This document shows positions 60,830 through 64,000 of a DNA stretch of 64,000 bases, in pieces. This DNA comes from Flavobacteriales bacterium. GTDB lineage: Bacteria > Bacteroidota > Bacteroidia > Palsa-965. The stretch lies in assembly GCA_040377305.1 (NCBI GenBank), contig JBEIPA010000009.1, positions 1 through 64,000 on the forward strand, given 5' to 3'. The position numbers and the translations under genes are program-made. A model generated the notes under the pieces. That model was not told the origin of the DNA. It saw only the letters and a program-made list of their open reading frames with translations, and did not search any database. Position 1 is the first letter of the stretch, and each line of letters starts with the position of its first letter.

Positions 60830-61276
60830 TTATTTTGTAGGAGTTTCTTTTGTTATGCGCATTTTGTGCGCAAGTTGAGCGCAGAGTTTGCCGAACTCAG
60901 GAGAAAAATCTGCGCAGGGTGTTTCGCTTTCCCCAGAGTTTTCCCCTGTGCTATCCACAGCGATGCGATAGTAGAGTCGGGTCTTCCCTTTTCGGTCATT
61001 GGGTGTGTGCAATACTCGACCATGATCATCAGCTACAAGGATGAGATTACGGTATGTAAGTGAACGGACTGCACTGCCAACAGCGCGACGAGATAATCCG
61101 GTCTTCTTATGGAATTGCGATGCGGAAATCCAGTCATACACTTTACGCTTCTCGCTCTTAGCATCTTTCCAGCCTAGGGTTTGGCGCAGGATGATTAGAT
61201 AGAGCTTCAGTTCAGCTTCTGAGAGTGACGGGATATATTCAAATACCGCATTCGGAACGGGTGTTGTTTTTATCAT
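60830..61276 (-). CDS. replication protein O-like HTH protein
   Basis: TTPVPNAVFE..LSEAELKLYLIILRQTLGW..DWISASQFHKKTGLSRRAV. Confidence 0.7.
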   Translation of the reverse strand: MIKTTPVPNAVFEYIPSLSEAELKLYLIILRQTLGWKDAKSEKRKVYDWISASQFHKKTGLSRRAVGSAVRSLTYRNLILVADDHGRVLHTPNDRKGKTRLYYRIAVDSTGENSGESETPCADFSPEFGKLCAQLAHKMRITKETPTK

Positions 61277-61312
61277 GCGAGGGTGACTTAGTGATGAAGG
61301 AATACTAAAGAA

Positions 61313-61528
61313 CTACTGAGGCAATTCTGTATTCGTGTCCGCATCGATGTCTGGGAGTTTCTCCTCCGTGTCGAAGAAGTAATACCTGACGCTTGGATTC
61401 TGATACAGGCGCATGAACATTCTTCCGGTGGCTTCATCGACATGGAGTTCACCGGTCCTGTAATACTTTCTTTTTTGCTCTCCGTCCTTTTCATAATCGG
61501 CGCGAGTCGCGATGTGAAATATTCGCAT
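61313..61528 (-). CDS. small hypothetical protein
   Basis: 71-aa ORF with AT-rich leader, co-oriented with the replication gene. Confidence 0.65.
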   Translation of the reverse strand: MRIFHIATRADYEKDGEQKRKYYRTGELHVDEATGRMFMRLYQNPSVRYYFFDTEEKLPDIDADTNTELPQ

Positions 61529-61618
61529 AGAATTATTTTATTAATACTTGATAATGCAGACGAGCGAGCAAGAAAAAGGCCTCGCTTTTAACGAGGCTTT
61601 AATCCAACATGCTATTTA

Positions 61619-61714
61619 CTAAATGAGTTCCCCTGCTTTTATCACATGCTCCACCAGCGTATACGTGTACCCCATTTCATTACGATACCACGTGAGCAAT
61701 TTCTGCTTCAACAT
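61619..61714 (-). CDS. 31-aa leaderless small ORF (MLKQKLLTWYRNEMGYTYTLVEHVIKAGELI), not in ORF track
   Basis: TGCTATAAT 6 nt upstream of the ATG; terminator GCCTCG..CGAGGC-TTTTT at 61573-61597. Confidence 0.5.
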   Translation of the reverse strand: MLKQKLLTWYRNEMGYTYTLVEHVIKAGELI

Positions 61715-61907
61715 GAATCGATTATAGCACATTGTATTAGAACCTCGCGGCTCGTCTGCGCAGTACAGAACCCACTTGTTTCCGCACTACGCACGCAAGC
61801 CGAGGAATATTGTCAATAAACTCTTGTTATTTTCTCACCAGTAGAACAAAAAAACAAGCGTGAGATTTGTTATCCCACACTTGTTTTCCTTTGGCAAATT
61901 GCCAGAT

Positions 61908-62984
61908 TTAATTTCGAACCCAGCGGCCAGTGCGAGAAGTCTTTACTGTCACCGGACGAATCTGACTTCTTACCAAACTATGAATAGGTCGCTTGTGTTC
62001 TGGAAACATTAATGCTCTTGATGGTGCTTTGTAGAGTGGATTTCCTCTCTTCTTCATCACCTGCACCCACTGTCGTTTCAATTCTTCTCCGAAGAGCATA
62101 GTGTACACCCAGGAGCTATCAAGACTTGCATGACCAAGCTGATTTGATACAGCAGAGTTGTCATGCAAAGTTTGAATTGTGTCTCGTCCGAAAGAATGCC
62201 TAATTGAGTGTGCATTGGTTACCACTGGAAAACCTGCTTTGTTAGAAAGCATGCGCATCATTTCCGCGATTCCTCGTGGGGTCATCCGCGAACCGCGAAT
62301 TGCGCTTCCCGGAGATTTTGTTATCGTAGTAAACAGTGCTTCCGAATGCTGAAATGTGAATTTCTTCTGCAGTTCGTTTTTCTTTTTCAACCAGCGCTTA
62401 ATCGCCTTTCCAGTTTCCGTAGTCCAGTAGATTTCTCTGACAGGACGGCGACCACGAGATTTTTCCGTTTTTATGAAGGCCGATCCCGATCCGTCTGACT
62501 TGAATTTTAAGTTCTCATCGTCGATCATGCACAATTCACCGCTACGCGCACCTGTATCCCAAAGGAGAAGCAAAAATGCTCGATTGCGAATGTAGTTGGG
62601 ATGATTTGTCCGAGAAGGAATCTGAGCTAGAAGTTTTCTGAAATCCTTGATATTGGACACTCGTGGAATATTGAATTCCTTTTCCCTAACTGGGATCAGT
62701 TGCTCACTAAACGCAACATTGTAACCTCTGAGATGACAGAATTCGAAGAATTTTTTGAGTGCAATTCCAACGAGATTCATGCCATTTGGCTTCCATCCGA
62801 GACGTTCAAGTTCTTTGAAGTACCAGATAATATGGGGAAGATCTACTTCCTCCAGCATCATATCCTGCATACACAGGCAAAAAATTCTAAGCGTAATCAG
62901 GTACCGCGACGCTGTTTTATGCGAACGCGGTCCCTTGGAACTCCTAAGTGATATAAATTCTTGTATTGCTTGACTTAATGACAT
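61908..62984 (-). CDS. tyrosine recombinase/integrase
   Basis: RNRAFLLLLWDTGARSGEL (R), KTEK (K), HSIRH (HxxR), LGHASLDSSWVY (H, Y); ATG 62984 preferred over 63029. Confidence 0.92.
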   Translation of the reverse strand: MSLSQAIQEFISLRSSKGPRSHKTASRYLITLRIFCLCMQDMMLEEVDLPHIIWYFKELERLGWKPNGMNLVGIALKKFFEFCHLRGYNVAFSEQLIPVREKEFNIPRVSNIKDFRKLLAQIPSRTNHPNYIRNRAFLLLLWDTGARSGELCMIDDENLKFKSDGSGSAFIKTEKSRGRRPVREIYWTTETGKAIKRWLKKKNELQKKFTFQHSEALFTTITKSPGSAIRGSRMTPRGIAEMMRMLSNKAGFPVVTNAHSIRHSFGRDTIQTLHDNSAVSNQLGHASLDSSWVYTMLFGEELKRQWVQVMKKRGNPLYKAPSRALMFPEHKRPIHSLVRSQIRPVTVKTSRTGRWVRN

Positions 62985-63210
62985 AAATGCAAAATACCGC
63001 CGGGACACGGCGGTATTTGCTTCGTTCATAGGTTGCCCTAAAAACTAGCCATTGGGATTTCCCAATGGCACGAACAGCATAGCACGCTTTTTCAGAATAT
63101 TAAAGAAAAAGTCAAACCTACTGTGCGCAATTACCGTTGTGTCCCAATTCCTCGCGGAATCGCTCCTTTCAGAGCAACGATTGTCCCTAATTGCTAATGT
63201 GCACGATGAA

Positions 63211-63239
63211 ACTTTATCACTTTATATCTCTCTTGTCAA
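63211..63239 (-). promoter_or_regulatory. canonical sigma70-type promoter upstream of the integrase
   Basis: TTGACA-17 nt-TAAAGT with TG extension on the minus strand. Confidence 0.6.
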
Positions 63240-63288
63240 GAGCCTCGGAAATTCATCTTTATTTTTTCTTGATCTCAAAAATTTAGCA

Positions 63289-63678
63289 TCACCAAATAAT
63301 TTTGTACTTCAACTTCTCTAATGTTTCGTTTACGTTGAACGACGGTAAGAGATGTCCATCTTTCAATTCAGTCACGCGATATACGCGCTCATTGGTGATT
63401 TCGTATTTCAATCCGTACACCCGTTTCGGATTGTAGTAAAGAAAAAGATAAATCTCGTTCTCCTTCATCCTGAAAGTGAGATACACGTCTATCCATTCGT
63501 ATACGCGTTCTCGATACGGAATGACATATCGATTCTCCTGACTGATCTTCCAAAGAATTCCAAAATATCCATGCTGGTCCGGAATCGCGCAGATAGCAGG
63601 AAGTATTCCAACCGCTCTATTGAAGTCACGGATCGCGCCATCCAAGTACCGCGTCAACCGCATCTCGTCCATCATCAT
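63289..63678 (-). CDS. hypothetical protein
   Basis: 129-aa ORF co-oriented with neighbours. Confidence 0.6.
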   Translation of the reverse strand: MMMDEMRLTRYLDGAIRDFNRAVGILPAICAIPDQHGYFGILWKISQENRYVIPYRERVYEWIDVYLTFRMKENEIYLFLYYNPKRVYGLKYEITNERVYRVTELKDGHLLPSFNVNETLEKLKYKIIW

Positions 63679-63706
63679 GCCGTCTATGTTTTCTCGTTGT
63701 ATTCAT

Positions 63707-64000
63707 TCAGTAGTTGTCCGATCGTCCCTTGATGATCGTTGTATAGAGATCGGCGCTTTTATCTGAAGGTGGGTGCACGAATGCCACGCCGTAAATTTCT
63801 CTTTCGAAAAGATGACTTGCAAGGTCATTACGTCGCAGTTTTCTTCCGTCTTGCAGTGTGTTGGGAATCTGTTTTTCTTCACCGAGCGTATCAAGATAAA
63901 CCGCCCAGGGGTGTAGTTCCGTATACAAATGCCCCCATACCGTTTCGTGCCTTTTCCATTCTGGAGCTATTCCTTCCATTGCGAGTTCAGCTTTTGAAGC
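63707..64000 (-). CDS. hypothetical protein, 3' part (open to the window edge)
   Basis: Frame has no stop between 63979 and 64000. Confidence 0.5.
   Translation of the reverse strand, partial: ASKAELAMEGIAPEWKRHETVWGHLYTELHPWAVYLDTLGEEKQIPNTLQDGRKLRRNDLASHLFEREIYGVAFVHPPSDKSADLYTTIIKGRSDNY

Larger units (their letters stand above)
54815..64000. mobile_element. integrative genomic island (left part), defence-gene cargo plus replication/recombinase core
   Basis: Starts at a broken tRNA; visibly AT-richer cargo; R-M, TA, Dam, replication-O-like and tyrosine recombinase genes; right end not in the window. Confidence 0.8.

Noticed and set aside
1-64000. CRISPR array / cas genes, reverse transcriptase (retron, DGR), rRNA
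   Set aside because: No regularly spaced 23-47-bp direct repeats with unique spacers, no Cas or RT motifs and no rRNA-like sequence seen

Overview
Bacterial chromosome segment that is almost certainly from a Bacteroidota (Flavobacteriales/Bacteroidia-like) genome. The evidence is TAnnTTTG (-7) promoters, T9SS-type C-terminal domains, mltD-gatA-tatA synteny and Omp28/A2M families. Bases 1-54700 are mostly housekeeping and envelope genes: a Y1/RAYT transposase with nested REP hairpins, gatA, tatA, sodA, rnhA, the rimK locus, alpha-2-macroglobulin, typA and mce. This part also holds a divergent MBOAT/SGNH plus FkbH/methyltransferase/ACP/VOC cluster that looks like a dlt-like glyceryl-transfer pathway, three tandem membrane paralogues with Pro/Gln tails, an unannotated 41-aa Lys/Ala histone-like ORF, and several families of intergenic repeats. 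From about 54770 an integrative island begins. The host-promoter-driven tRNA-CAT (Ile2-type) breaks off in its variable loop and is followed about 108 bp later by a different, intact tRNA-CAT. Next come an HNH protein, a HEPN-motif protein, SymE, a PaeR7I/XhoI-like R-M pair, a Dam-class methylase, a replication-O-like protein, an inverted-repeat-flanked promoter-sORF-terminator cassette and a tyrosine recombinase with canonical sigma70-type promoters. The island continues past the window end. All product calls come from motif recognition by eye; no database searches were run.
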